Counted from the stretch's first letter, positions 15,986 through 30,764 are shown. The stretch: 64,000 nt of DNA from the human T2T-CHM13v2.0 reference genome, Homo sapiens (GCF_009914755.1 NC_060926.1); one strand, 5' to 3'. Made by a program: numbers and translations. Notes: a model not told the origin generated them from the letters alone.

Positions 15986-17955
15986 ATAGATCTTCACCTC
16001 CTATGTTAAATTTATTCCTAAGTATTTGATTTTCTTTTTGATGCTATTGTAAATGGCATTGTTTTCTTAATTTCTTTTTCAGATCATTTGTTAGTGTTAG
16101 TATATAGATACACAAATAATTTTTGTATGTTGATTTTTGTACCGTGAAATTTTATTAAATTTGTTTATTCTGAGAGATTTTTGGTGGAGTCTTCAGGGAT
16201 TTCTAGACATAAGGTTATATCATCTGCAAACAGACAATTTTACTTCTTCCTTTCCAACTTACATGCCTTTTATTTCTTTTTCTTGCTTAATCGTTTTTGC
16301 TAGGACATTACTATACTGAATAAAAGAGGTGAGTATGGGCATCCTTGTCTTATTCCTGATCTTACAGAAAAAACTTTCAGCATTTTACCATTGAGTATGA
16401 CGTTAGCTGTGGGCTTTTCATATATGGCCTTTATTGTGTCGAGGCACATTTTTTAAAATTTAGTTCTTTTTTAATGTCTTTCAATACAGTTTGTAATTTT
16501 CTCCAAAGGGTATATACTTTTTAGATTAGTTTTAGGTGGTTTATATTTTTGTAATTGCCATTTTAAATGTTATCTTCAAAATTATATTTTCTAGTTACAT
16601 ATTAATTTTTCATCATATGCTACCATATTTCTTTATTATACTTTAAGTTCTGGGTTACATGTGCAGAACGTGCATTTTTGTTACATAGATATACACAGAG
16701 GCACATTCTTTTTATAACTAGTTTGTTGAGAGTTTTTATTATGAAAGAACTTTGACTTTTCAAATTCTTTTTCCACATTGATTGAGATAATCATACGATT
16801 TTTATTCTTCATTCTGTTAACATGAAGTATCACATTTATTGCTTCGTGTACATTGAACCATTCTTCTGTCCTAGGGATAAATCCCACTTCATCATTGTGT
16901 GTGATCCTTTTAATGTGCTGTTGAATTTGGTTTGCTAGTATTTTTAAAGGATTATTTACATCTATCTTTATCATGGATAGTGGCCCTATAATTTTCTTTT
17001 CTTGTAATGTGGCTACCTGGCTTTGGTATGCGGGTAATACTACACTCATAAAATGCATATGGACACATTTCCTCCTCTTTAATTTTTGGGCAGAATTTGA
17101 GAAGCATTGGCATGACTTCTTTAAATGTTTGGTAGAATTCACCAGTGAAACCATCAACTCCTGCACTTTTCTTTGTTGAGACGTTTTTGACTACTGATTC
17201 AATTCCCTTCCTTGTTATTGGTCTGTTCAGATTTTCTACTTTCTCGAGATTCAATCTTGGTAGATTGTATTTCTAGAAATTTATCTATTACTTCTAGGTT
17301 ATGTAGTTTGCTGGTAAATAATTGTTCATAGTTGTTTCTTATGGTCTTTTGTATTTCTGTGGTATTAATTATGTTTCCTCTTTTTTATTTTATTTGAATC
17401 TTCTCACTTTAGTTATTCTAGCTAAATGTCAATTTTGTTTATCTTTTCAAAATAGCAGCTCTTAGTTTCATTGATGTTTTTTGTTGTTTTTTCAAATCAC
17501 TATTTATTTCTGCTCTGATTTTTATTATGTCCTTCTTACTGCTAACTTTGGGCTGAAGTTTGTTCTTTTTCTGGTTCCTTGAGGTTTGTAGTTAGGTTGT
17601 TTATCTGAGATCTCTTTGTTCTTAATGTAGGCATTCATACCTATAAATTTCCATCTTAGAATAGCTTTTGCTGCATTTTGTAAATCTCAGTATGTTTTGT
17701 TTACATTTTGTTTGTCTCAGGATATATGTATTTTTAATTTCCCTTTTGATCTCTGAGTTATTTATTGTTCAGGAGTTTGTTGTTTAATTTCCATGTATTT
17801 GTGAAATTTCCAATTTTTCTCATTTTTTCCCCCTGGTTTTATATCATTGTGTTGGAAAACGCACTTGATGTGATTTTCATCTTAAATTTGTTAAGACTTG
17901 TGGCCTAACATAGGATCAATCCTAGAGAATATTCCAAGAGCATTTGAAAAGAGTG
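15986..17955 (-). mobile_element. L1 ORF2 fragment (L1MA/PB-type), degenerate RT region
   Basis: Minus-strand ORFs give LNRPITRKGIESVVKNVSTKKSAGVDGFTGEFYQTFKE and KILANQIQQHIKRITHNDEVGFIP. Confidence 0.85.
16451..16697 (-). mobile_element. Short L1PA 3' end (~16628-16697) with ~170 bp of 3'-transduced DNA, TSD GAGGCACATT
   Basis: Direct repeat at 16441-16450 and 16698-16707; ttattatactttaagttctgggttacatgtgcagaacgtgca is an L1PA terminus. Confidence 0.7.
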
Positions 17956-18810
17956 TTACCTCCCTTTTTGTTTATTCTTATACCAATATCGTACTGTCTT
18001 AATTATTGTGGCTTTATAGTAAGTCTTGAAAACAGGTTGTGTGCAAAAAAAAAAAAAAAAAAAAAAACTCTTCTGGGATTTTGGTTGGGATTGCATTAAA
18101 GCTATAGATCAATTTTAGAGAGCTGGTGTCTTAGCAATATTGAGTTTTCCAATGCATGAACATAGTATCTTTCTCCATTTAAGTCTTCTTTAATTTTTCC
18201 CTGCAATGATTATGGTCTCCAGTGTAGTGGTCTTACATATCTTTTGTTAAACTTATTCTGAAGTATTTTATGTTTTTGATGATATTATGTTATTCAAAAA
18301 TTTTCAATTTTTCAAATACTTGCTGCAAGTATGTAGAAATACAGTTGAGTTTTTTAAACGTTGACTTTATGTAGAACAACCCTGTTAAATTCACTTATTA
18401 GTTCTAGTAGGTTTTAATTTTGGTAGATTCCTTAGAATTTTCTACATAGACAATCATGTTTTCTGCAAATAAAGGTAGTTCTACCTATTTCTTTCTAATA
18501 TTTATCCTCATATTTTCTGTTTTTATTGCTTGGGTTAAGACCTCCAGGTATTAAATGTTTGATAGAACTGATGAAAGCAGACATATTTGTTTCCATCTTA
18601 GGAAGAAAGTATTTACTCTTCTACCATTACATATGATGCTAGCTATAGGTTTGTGTTTATATTTTCTAGATGCCCTTTATACAACTACATGGTTTTTCTT
18701 CTACTCAAAGTTTACTGAGCAGTTTTTTAAAAAATATAAAATTATGAGTGTCATAACTGCCAAATCTGTATTTATTTAGATAATCAGGTGATATTTTTCT
18801 TTATTCTGAC
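17956..18810 (-). mobile_element. Old L1M ORF2 fragment
   Basis: taattattgtggctttatagtaagtcttgaa; gggattgcattaaagctatagatcaattt. Confidence 0.75.
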
Positions 18811-19199
18811 TTGTTACTTATTGGCTGGTCTATTGCTGATCAACAAGTCAGAAAACCTGTCAGAGATTATAGCTTAGCAGCAGTGCTGAGGGATTTCTGG
18901 TGAGTTCTCTGTGGAAAGTAACTGAACATGGGAACTATGTGCTTCTTCACACAGCATTTGCCAGAGTGCAATGCCATTAGAAATGGCTTAGCTAAGGGGT
19001 AACATTGATAATCTACCACTAAATATTCCCTTCAGAAAAGATTTTGTGACCTTCCGGGCTAGTCAATTCCAATATTTCTGCAAGTCAACAGTCATAGGCC
19101 ATTAAAGTCCTGTCAGTGACTGCCAATTAGTAATTGAGAGAACCTCAGAAACAGAGTATGAAGAAATGTCAGGAGAAACACAGTGAGATGTGGCCACTG

Positions 19200-19385
19200 C
19201 AATCCCTCAATGCAGGACCCTGAACTGGCTGCTTTGGGATTACTGCAACCTTTGTTAGAATATCTATTCCTTGGCTCTACCTCAGATCTTCTGCATGAGA
19301 TTCTTGGTCAAGGTGAGCTCTGGGAATCAGCATTTTATATAAGTACCCTTGATGATTTTGACACAGTCACGATTAGAAACCAGTG
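19200..19385. mobile_element. MER5A-like hAT MITE
   Basis: ctgggaatcagcattttatataagtacccttgatgattttga...agaaaccagtg. Confidence 0.55.
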
Positions 19386-20219
19386 GGGTAGAAGGAACAC
19401 TGGATCGGGCATTGAATGACACAGGGTGATCCTACTTCATTCACCAGCTCAGTTCCTCCATCTGGTTCTCAGTGTCCCCATCTGTATAATAAGGGAGTTG
19501 TACCAGTTGGCAGCTGAAGCCCTCCTGGGTTTGAGGTTTTTGGTCTTATTATCTGCACTAAGATTCTCTGGCTTGGCAAATGGAAGATGGGTTGGCATGC
19601 GTGGTATCAGCGAAGTTACACATGTGTCACCACACATCATTTCTGACAATCATGTCAAAGCAAGAGAACTGAAAACAGAAATTGCAGCTCCAGCATGGGA
19701 GTAATCTCCAAAGGACCTGACAGAACAGCCGTTGGCTAGAAGTTGTCGAGTAGCAGCTGGTTGGGTCTATGAGCTTCTTGCAGCTGTTTGTGATATGTCA
19801 CATGAATTTTTGTTTTTATGTGTTAATGTACTCTGAGCTATTTTACAGTGCATTTGACATTTTACAGTAGAGTAAAGTGTGTACATGCCTAATTAAAACA
19901 GATGTGCATTTGATAAAATAATTACTGGATATGCTGAAGAAAAATGGCTAATTATATATACAGCATAAACACCTAAACATATGCTATAAATATATACTTG
20001 AAGTACTGAAAAGTAGGTATAATTGGCTGCATTCTCTGTTCGTGCCCAGACTTAGAGTCATTCCTTTAGATTTTCCTGGCCTTGGAATTCACCAGTGTTA
20101 GAATTTTCTGCCCCAAATTTGACCCCCATCTCATCCTTTTTTCTCTCCTGGAATGAAGATGAAGAAACATCCTCCACTGAAATGAGGCAGAGTTAATACA
20201 ACCAAAATATAAAAAGATG

Positions 20220-20470
20220 ACAGTTAACTTGAGTTACTATGTGCCAGGCATAGTGCTAGATACTTACATTATCTCATTTAATCTTCACACTAGCCTGGTG
20301 AGGTAGCTGCTATTCTTTGTCTTTTATAGATGGGGAAACTAGAGGCTCAGGGAGGTTGCTAAGTTGCCTAAGATCTCTAAACTGGGAAATGGAAGATACA
20401 AGGTTCAAACCAAGGTTTCACTGCAGAGCCTGTTCTCTTTAATTACGACCCTATACTGCTTCTCTGAGAA
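20220..20470 (-). mobile_element. MIR SINE
   Basis: tactatgtgccaggca...ctcatttaatcttcaca...tatagatggggaaactagaggctcagggaggtt. Confidence 0.8.
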
Positions 20471-20576
20471 CATCTTTCTGCCCAACCACTGTGCTCTCAG
20501 TTGGGAAATACTGCTGGTGAGGGAAACTCATCTCAAATGTCTCTGGTACCACTTTGTACATTTCAGAATATCTCAG

Positions 20577-20666
20577 CTCAGGAGTTCTATGATCGTGCCA
20601 CTGCACTCCAGGCTGAGTGGCAGAGTGAAGCCCTTCTCTAGAAAAAGAAGAAAAGGAAAAAAAAAA
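20577..20666 (+). mobile_element. 5'-truncated Alu right-arm fragment, 12-bp TSD AGAATATC(T/C)CAG
   Basis: tatgatcgtgccactgcactccagg followed by an A-rich tail; repeats at 20565-20576 and 20667-20678. Confidence 0.8.
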
Positions 20667-21199
20667 AGAATATCCCAGACCAGACTTCTTCAATAGAAGG
20701 TCTTCATGCCTTTTTTTTTTTTTCGAATGAGTGGAAAGTCCTCACTAAATGCCTACACACCCTGGGGGTTGTGGTACATGCTCCCAGGTTCTGGGATGCT
20801 GCCAGCTGGGTGAATGTGTTGATGTTAGGTGTTCAGAGGCAGAGTTGGATGCCTGTGACTGCTGGAAGTGCTGGGGTAAAAAGTGTTTGGGTAGTGAGAA
20901 ATGTAGAAAATATTGAGAAGCCCTTTAAAAACTAAACAAGGATTTGTTTTCTCAAGATTTGTCAAGTGGACTTGGCCTTTTTGTAAATCCTCCAGTTTGC
21001 TTGGAGCATGGAGAAGACTGAAACAGTTATCAGATCCTACTCATGGGAAGCAGCTACAATCAATCTGTTTTTTGATATTTTGGAGAAATGGGTTATCCTG
21101 GCTCTCTATGACTACGTATGATTCTACAAGGATCCTGAAAATAATGTAGGTAGTGATGATTCAGGAAATGCCTAGGGTCACAGCAGGAATATTGAATGT

Positions 21200-21560
21200 C
21201 AGAGTATAAGATGTATGGTTAAAGGCATGGGCTCTTCCATCCACCTGCTATGTGACCTCTGGTCAGTGTCTTAAATGGGTTTCAGTTGCATCTGTAACAT
21301 GAGAATAGAGTACCTTCCTTATAAGGATTGTTGTGAGGTTTAAATGAAATAATCTCTGAAGTGAGGCACTCAGCACAGTGTGTGGCAGCAGTGAGCACTG
21401 TAAAGGGAAGAGGGTGCATTAGATCAATTTATTGATCACCAGACTATAATCCTGGGTAAGCCATACCTACCCTCTCTTGATCATAATACTTTGATCTGTA
21501 AAACAAAATGAATGGATTAGAGGAACTTTTAGGTCACTCTGGCTCTAAGAATTGATGACT
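21200..21560 (+). mobile_element. MIR fragments
   Basis: tgtgacctctggtcagt...catctgtaacatgagaatagagtacct...gttgtgaggtttaaatga. Confidence 0.65.
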
Positions 21561-24189
21561 CCAGGGTACACATTCTCTAACCTCCTTTGGCCTTCTCACT
21601 TCATTTCTCAGCTTATGGAAACCATGCATCCTTAGAGCACAAGTGGAGGGAAAGCCTCATGTATGGTGCAACAGTAAATGCTGTGAAGATCTGTAAAGGA
21701 CCAGTTTTATTGGAATACCATGTTCTGAGCTGGTTTTCTTCCTTTCCTTTAAATTCCTTCTACTTGAGAGTCCCACTTGGCAGGCATGAGAGTGAAAGTG
21801 GGGGACCCCGGAAACTCCCCTGGGCTCCTGTGGTGAGCAAATTCTAGCCAAGGCCTGAGGTCTGTGAGCCTTCAGGGTTTGGAAGGCTTTGCAGGTTCAA
21901 TCAACTGGCCCACCAGCAAGTGTTTATTGCAGCAACCTCATGGAAGAACTGTTCCAAAGTGGCATAGTTACAGCCCTGCTCTAGTCGGGGGAGGAGGCAA
22001 GGAGGAAGAGAGCCGTTGGCACAGGTAGCTTGAGAATTCTAGGGCACTGGCCCACCCTTGTTGTGCCCCAGCCTGTAACCCTTCTTGGGCTCTGCATCTG
22101 TATCTCACTAGGGCAGCATGAGCTGAGTTTCTCCCCTTATCCTATACCCACAAGTGGACTTATTGTTAAAGGGAATAACCGTGTTTGGACATATATATGA
22201 TATTGGGAAGGCATTACTAATGCATGGTTTAAATAATTACCATGTGTAGTGAATTTTTTATAAAGCAAAATCAGTGATTCTTCTTATTAAGATGGTGCTT
22301 TGAGCTGTAAGAATGCTATTTTCAGATTCCCTCATGCCTCTGCTGCACATTGCATTGTGAATTTGGCTTCAAGCATACCAAGTCTTTTAGTCACAAGAGG
22401 GCACAACTACAAAAATGGGTTAGACCATGTTTTTCTTCTTCCTGCGACTGCAGAGATGAAGGGAATGAAGGTTAGCTCATGAATGGTATGGGGCTGGTGT
22501 TTTGGAGTATACTGGGGGTGGCAGCAGGGGCAACTATTTGGGAGTTAAAAGGTCCTGGCGCTGGATATAGAGATGGATTGTGGCAAAGGACTACTATGAG
22601 AAAATAGAAAAGGAGGCAAGCTGTAATTGTGTTTATCAATCCTTTTGAATTTTGAAACTTCAATTTCCACAAAAGAGCTGATGGATGGATGTCAAGAAAA
22701 ATGTCGCTGGGGACTTATTCCTTGTTGGAGTAATTAACACGTAAGTGAATGAAACACACTGTTCTCATCTGGTACCCGGTCTGTTTCTTTAGCTAAATCT
22801 TAGGCATTTAAGCTTATGTTTCATTTAAACTTATATTTATTTAAAATGTCATGTGTCACATTGGAAAATATTCTTGTTAAAGAAATAAATCAAGCATTTA
22901 ATATTTATAAAAATGGAATAGTCCCTTTTTCCTAAAGGTGGAAACTGAAATCTAGATTGATACAGATGTAGTTACCATCACCCACGGTTTATGAAAGAGA
23001 ATAGATTCATCCAGAGTCCCTGAAAGAAAGATATATTCATTTCATCCTGGCCATACTTTTGTACCCACAGAGTCAAAGTGTGGGCTGGCCAACTAAATTT
23101 GTAATCACCAAGCAGATATAAGTACAAATTAAGATTACAGAAGGAGATGATGCAAATTAATGGATCTCAGCTGTAAATGGATTTTTGCCTCAAATCTTTT
23201 TTTTTCTTCTTTTCTGATGAAAAGCAATAAGGTTATTATATAAGTTACTTCTGAAGAGACTTCTTGTTTTGGAAAAAAATCCAATTTATTGAGCTTGATT
23301 CTCCAACTTAATGGTTGGCGAGCAAGCTTTACAGTATACAGTTGGAGTGAAGACAAAAATTGGGAGGAGAGACCCAGGGCCTATACTAATTTCTAGTGAA
23401 GAATTTGGAAGGGTTATAGAGAGAAGTAGTTCCCTGGAACTTTTTTTCAAGATTGTTAGTGATGGAGAGGTAATTGTATAGACTGATTTTATTCTTTTCC
23501 TAAGTAAAGAGGTAACATTTTTTGATGTCCTGAATATGAGTAATTTACTGTACTTTAAGTAGATGGAAAGTTACATCTCATATAAAAAAAAAAAAAACCC
23601 TGACAAATGATTAGGAGTTAAACACATTTTCTACCAAAACAACGTTCTCGCTCATAAGAAAAAAAAAAAAATCCCTGGTGGGTGTTTTGAATTCCACCTA
23701 AAAATAATAAGATGAAGAGAAAATTGAATACTACAAGAGACTAACGACATGTGTGGTACAGCTTAACATTTGGTTCTTTTGAGAGGCAAATTTAGTGTTC
23801 TGAAGGCTTCACATCTCATATGGCCATCTGATAGCTAGTGATGTGCTGTGTGGGGGTGTCTAGTTAAGACTGTTAGAGAAGGAACTGCTGCACCATTTCC
23901 AGATCTATTTGTGAGATGAGAGTTTTTTTTCCCCCCTCTCTCTCCTAAGGAAGAAGAAATGGATAATTAATCTGGCCTTAACTATCCAACTTTAGTTTTG
24001 AAATATTGTTCTAAAGTATGGCTCCCTTTTAGGCGTGTATCTTTTTCTAGGTGTGGTTTATCTCAAGACAGTCATTCAAGACTCTGCCCAGCTCTGGGTT
24101 TACAAGTGACTATGTTCTAGAAGAAAATGTTTGACCCTTCTGATGCTGTTCTTAATAATATGCACAAAACCTAGTGACTGGAATTAATC

Positions 24190-25160
<971 letters not shown>

Positions 25161-26561
25161 AATATAGCCACTTGTAATCATAGCTACTTGTAAATCCTGA
25201 GCTTGGCAATTTCTTATAAAGTCAAACATGTACTTACCACATGACTTAGCATTTCCACTTCTAAGAATTTACTCAAAAAAATGTAAAACATATGACCATA
25301 CAAAGATTTGTACTTGCCTATCTATAGCCATATTAACCAGTCAACGTGTATTTGTAGAGAGGCTAAATGTGCCACCTTTGCTAGGTGCAATGGGATAAAT
25401 GTTGTGTCCCTTTCTAAAAAGAAAGAGGTTATGGTCTGATTGAGGGGAAGAAAGATTTTCCCTCATGTTTCATTACAGAACAAGACCATGTATTAAAACA
25501 TAACTTCACATATTCACAAATTCATTTATCCAAAATGTATATTGAGACATGATTAAAGCTTAGTACTAAACAGGATGTAAGTGATTTCTGAAGATATATC
25601 TGTTGCTCGAAAAACTAAAAATGGAAAAATTTGGATGTTTCATGAAAATAATTCAAGGGTTTACAAAGTAGATCCTCCTTGAATTCACTGGCTATGTTAG
25701 GTTCAAATCACTGGGCTGTTTGTGATAATGAGAAAACACTGGCACTGACTGAACTCTTGATTTCAGTTTCATTCTTGAGCCAGAGAAATGGAATTCTCTC
25801 CTGATTGCAATTCTCCATGTAGCCTTCAAAGACTGTGGGCCCTTCCTGAAGGACAGCTCTTCTGGTTAGTGAGAGGATGAGTTAGAGGTATTTTCACTCT
25901 GTGTATATTCTTAGAACTTTATGGTTGGTTTTCAGTGTGATTATGTAATCCCCATGCAAATGCCATCTGCCATATTTGGCACTTATAAAATATTGGAGAT
26001 ATTTATTCATTTTGCTTGAAAAACAGATTTTGAGAAGTCAGATCTCCCCCTTTCTGAGAACACAACTGTGTAGAGGGTGTGTACAAGTTCTTTCATGCAT
26101 GACTATGATAACTATTTTTATTCATGGCTTAGCCTATCAACTTGGTGTAAAATTTTTGTTTAAGTTTTTGTTTGCCATTTGGAACCAGAAATTATAAGAT
26201 CAACTTAAGGTTTGCCTGCTTTTTGTTTTCTCATTAGTATGAATTTTTACTGTTCTTTTTAAAGGCAGTAATACTTTTAGAATAATATAATGAAGGCTAA
26301 CTTCTAGATTTGGGTGACTAAAATCTAAAAGGAAAAAAAAAAGAAGAAAAAGGGAAAAGACCAAAATTGATCATTATTTGGGTAAAAAGGAGACTAGTTT
26401 TCTCTAATAAAGCTGATTTCTGATTCATAAGCACTTAACTTAGAAATAATCTTTACATATAAGTCATTGACCTAATCAAAGAGTTGCTGCTGGCCCCTAC
26501 CCACATCCTACTTTCTTCCTTCTATTCCTGGATTCCTGGGAAGAAGAGAAACAATAAACTA

Positions 26562-26641
26562 TGAGGTTGGTGCAAAAGTAGTTGTGGTTTTTGCCATTAA
26601 AAGTCATGACAAAAACCTCAATTACCTTTGCACCAACCTGA
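26562..26641. mobile_element. MADE1 (Hsmar1-derived MITE), 80 bp, TA TSD
   Basis: TA|TGAGGTTGGTGCAAAAG...CTTTGCACCAACCTGA|TA; near-palindromic. Confidence 0.95.
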
Positions 26642-27155
26642 TATAACAATACATCTTGGGTATTTGGACCTGTGGGTTCAGAAGTAGAGGAAGAAATAAA
26701 CAATGGTAACGTCTGAGGGAATGGGATCCAGGAGAATTTCCAGGCCAGGCCCACCTCTCTGTGTGATGGATTCCTTAAATAAAAACAGTGATTTCTTCTG
26801 CATTCTCCAGAAAATTTTATTTCACTTTCTCTCCTACTGATAGTAATTTTATCAATCAGTAGGAGATAAATAAGATTAATAGAATTTTATCGATTTTATT
26901 AATCAGGACAATTAAAATTCTAATGACTCACAGGGGTCCTACTTAAAACCTTTAAGTAACTTTGACAGGGTTGAGAAATTGTTAGCTGAGCAGATATTGG
27001 AGTAAAATAGTTCAGTTAGCTTTTATTTGACCTATTCCTACCTTTGGCCAATGGAAGCTTTTTAAAAATTGCAACATTTTAACATGAAAATTTTCAAATA
27101 TACAGAAAAATCCAAAGAATTATGCAGTGAACAGCCATATATATGTTATAGTTAT

Positions 27156-27615
27156 GTATGAGTTTCCTGTTGCTCCTATACAAATTACCATGAATTTAGT
27201 GGCTTGAAAGAACACAAATGTATTATCTTACAATTCTGATGGTCAAAGGTCTAAAATGAGGCTTATAAAAAATCAAGGTACTAGCAGGATGTGTTACTTC
27301 TGGAAATTCTAGGGGGGATCTATTCCTTGCCTTTTCCAGCTTTTAGAAGATGTGCATATTACTTGGCTGTGGTCACATCATTCTATGCTTCTGCAGTCAT
27401 ACCACTTTTTCTGCCTCTGGCCTTCTGCCAGGGTCCTCCCTCTTTAAGGACCCTGGGATTACGTTGGGCCCATTCTGATACTCTAGGATAATCTTTGCAT
27501 TTTAAGATTCTTAATCCCATTGGTAAAATACCTCTTGTTGTGTAAGGTAACATATTCACAGGTTTTAGGGATTAGGGTGTGCACACATTTGGGGATCATT
27601 ATTCAGCTTACTATA
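27156..27615 (-). mobile_element. MLT1D-like LTR
   Basis: caaattaccatgaatttagtggcttgaaagaacacaaatgtattatcttaca...aaggtaacatattcacaggtt. Confidence 0.8.
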
Positions 27616-27676
27616 AGCTACCTCCTATATTTTAACATTGGCATTTTTCTTTATTACATAGCTATCTCTTCATTCC

Positions 27677-28028
27677 TGTGTTTGGCTGTATCCCCACCCA
27701 AATCTCATCTTGAATTCCCATGTGTTGTGGGAGGAACCTGGGGGGAGATAATTGAATTATGGGGGCCGGTCTTTCCCATGCTGTTTTCGTGATAGTGAAT
27801 AAGTCTCAAGAGATCTGATGGTTTTTTAAAAATGGGAGTCTCCCTGCACAAGCTCTCTCTTTGCCTGCTGCCATCCATGTAAGACGTGACTTGCTTCCCC
27901 TTGCCTTCAGCCATGACTGTGAGGCCTTCCCGGTCATATGGAACTGTAAGTCCAATAAACTTCTTTCTTTTGTAAATGGCCCAGTCTCTGGTATGTCTTT
28001 ATCAGCAGCATGAAAATGGACTAATACA
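27677..28028 (+). mobile_element. THE1B-like solo LTR
   Basis: tttggctgtatccccacccaaatctcatcttgaattccc...gcagcatgaaaatggactaataca. Confidence 0.92.
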
Positions 28029-28150
28029 CCATCCATTAATTCATTTTTTTGGATGCATTTCAAAATAAATTGAAGACACCAGAGCACTTTTCCCTATATA
28101 TCTTAACACATATATCATTAACTAGAGTTTGATGTTTGTTTATTGTTCAA

Positions 28151-28447
28151 TTTTTACTTTTTTAATTTTAGAGATAGAGTCTTGCACTGTTACCCAGGCT
28201 GGAGTGCAGTGGTGGCAGCATAGCTCACTGTACAGACTCCTGGGCTCAAGTGATTCTTCTGTCTCAGCCTTCCAAGTAGCTGGGACTACAGGTGTGTGTT
28301 ATCATGCCCAGCTAATTTTTAAACTTTTATAGAGATGGGCTCTTACTATGTTGCCCAGGCTGGTCTCAAACTCCTGGTCTCAAGCACTCCTCCTGCCCCA
28401 TCCTCTCAAAGTGCTGGACTTACAGGCATGAGCCACTGCGTCTGACC
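28151..28447 (-). mobile_element. AluJ
   Basis: Antisense Alu dimer, ctcctgggctcaagtgat. Confidence 0.92.
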
Positions 28448-28573
28448 CCATTATTTTTTTGAGGTAAATTTACATATCATGAATTGCACAAATCTTACTC
28501 ATGCCCTTCAATGAGTTTTGACAAATGCATATACTTGTGTAATACAAACTCTTATTAAGATATGGAACATTAC

Positions 28574-28938
<365 letters not shown>

Positions 28939-29961
28939 CTATTCCAAGTTTGGTAATTTTTCACTATAGGTAAATTGAATCTCTTCTAGAACATTGTTAC
29001 TAAGTTTAATGTTGTTGAAATTCATTCCTGTTGCTGCACGTATGAGTAGTTCTTCTCTTTTGTTATATAGTGTTGTATGTGTCCACTGTATTAATATAGT
29101 ACAGGATGCTTAGCTATTGTCCTGTTAATGCATGCCAATTTTTGACTCATGAATAAAGCTGCTGTGAACATTTTCTTGGAATTCTTTCTGTAAACTTAAG
29201 GCTTTTTTTTTTTTTTTTAATAGGAATGAATACTTCCTGACAGTTTTTTAAAAACTGGCTGTTCTAGAGATTATGATATATAACCTTAATTCCTTAATTT
29301 TTCATAGTTCATTCATATAGAGTTGAAATTGTACTATTTTATAAAAAATACAAGAACTATTCAGATTCTTTGTCCCTTTTATCCTCACCTTCCATCCTTT
29401 ATTCTGTAGTTGTCGTATGTATTACATCTATGTGTCATAAACTGCACAATAAATAGGACGTTAAATTTTTGCTTTAAGTGCTCATATGTCTTCTAAATAA
29501 ATAGAAAATATAAATTTTTTAATGCATATTTTACCACTTCTCATACTATTAATTCTTTCCTAAAGATTCAAGTTTCAACTGGTCATTTCCTTCCAGTCTG
29601 AATAATTTTTTTTAACATTTCTTGTAGTGCAGGTATGATGGCAATGGGTTCACTAAGTTTTCGTGTATCTGAAAATGTTTTTATTTTTTCTTTATTCTTA
29701 AAGGATATTTTTCTTACATACAATTTCAAGTAGACAGATTTTTCTTCCTGCATCATAAAGATGTTGTTTCACTGTCCTTTGGTATTCATTCTTTTTTCTG
29801 ATCAGAAGTCAATGGTCATTCATTATTATTATTCTCCTGTATATAATGTGTTGTTTTTCTCTGTCTGGACTCAAGATTTTTTCTTTGTTTGATTTTAGCA
29901 GTTTGATTATAATGTGCCTAGCTGTATTTTTCTATTTATTTATTCTGTTTTGGTTTACTAG

Positions 29962-30308
<347 letters not shown>

Positions 30309-30394
30309 CTTACTAGGCTTCTTGAATCTGCAAATTTAATTTCTTTCCCCTAATTTGGGAAATTTTTGGTCATTATTGTTTCAAATATATATAT

Positions 30395-30673
30395 ATTTTT
30401 TGAGATGGAGTCTCACTCTGTTGTCCAGGCTGGCATACAGTGGTGTGATTTGGCTCACAGCAACCTCCACCTCCTGAGTGATTCTCCTGCCTCAGCCTCC
30501 AGAGTAGTTGAGATTGCAGGCACCCACCACCATGCCAGGCTAATTTTTGTATTTTTGGCAGAGATGGGGTTTTGCCATATTGGCCAGGCTGGTCTCGATC
30601 CCCTGACCTCAGGTGATCCACCTGCCTTGGCCTCCCAAAATGCTGGGATTATAGGTGTGAGCCACTGTGCCCT
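30395..30673 (-). mobile_element. AluS (Sx/Sz-like)
   Basis: cctgacctcaggtgatccacc; flanked by ttgtttca repeats. Confidence 0.9.
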
Positions 30674-30764
30674 ACTTTGTTTCAGATGTTTTTTTTATCC
30701 CATTTTCTCTCTACTTTCCTTCTAGAATTCCAATTATACATATGTTACATCTTTTGATATTGTC

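Noticed and set aside
16681-17254. RT-like minus-strand ORFs
   Set aside because: Frameshifted remnants of an old L1 ORF2, not a separate RT gene
18045-18067. A-run as a processed-pseudogene tail
   Set aside because: It sits inside an antisense L1M with no upstream mRNA-like sequence or TSD
22735-22750. Strong donor-like CAC|GTAAGT
   Set aside because: No convincing paired acceptor; isolated donors are common by chance
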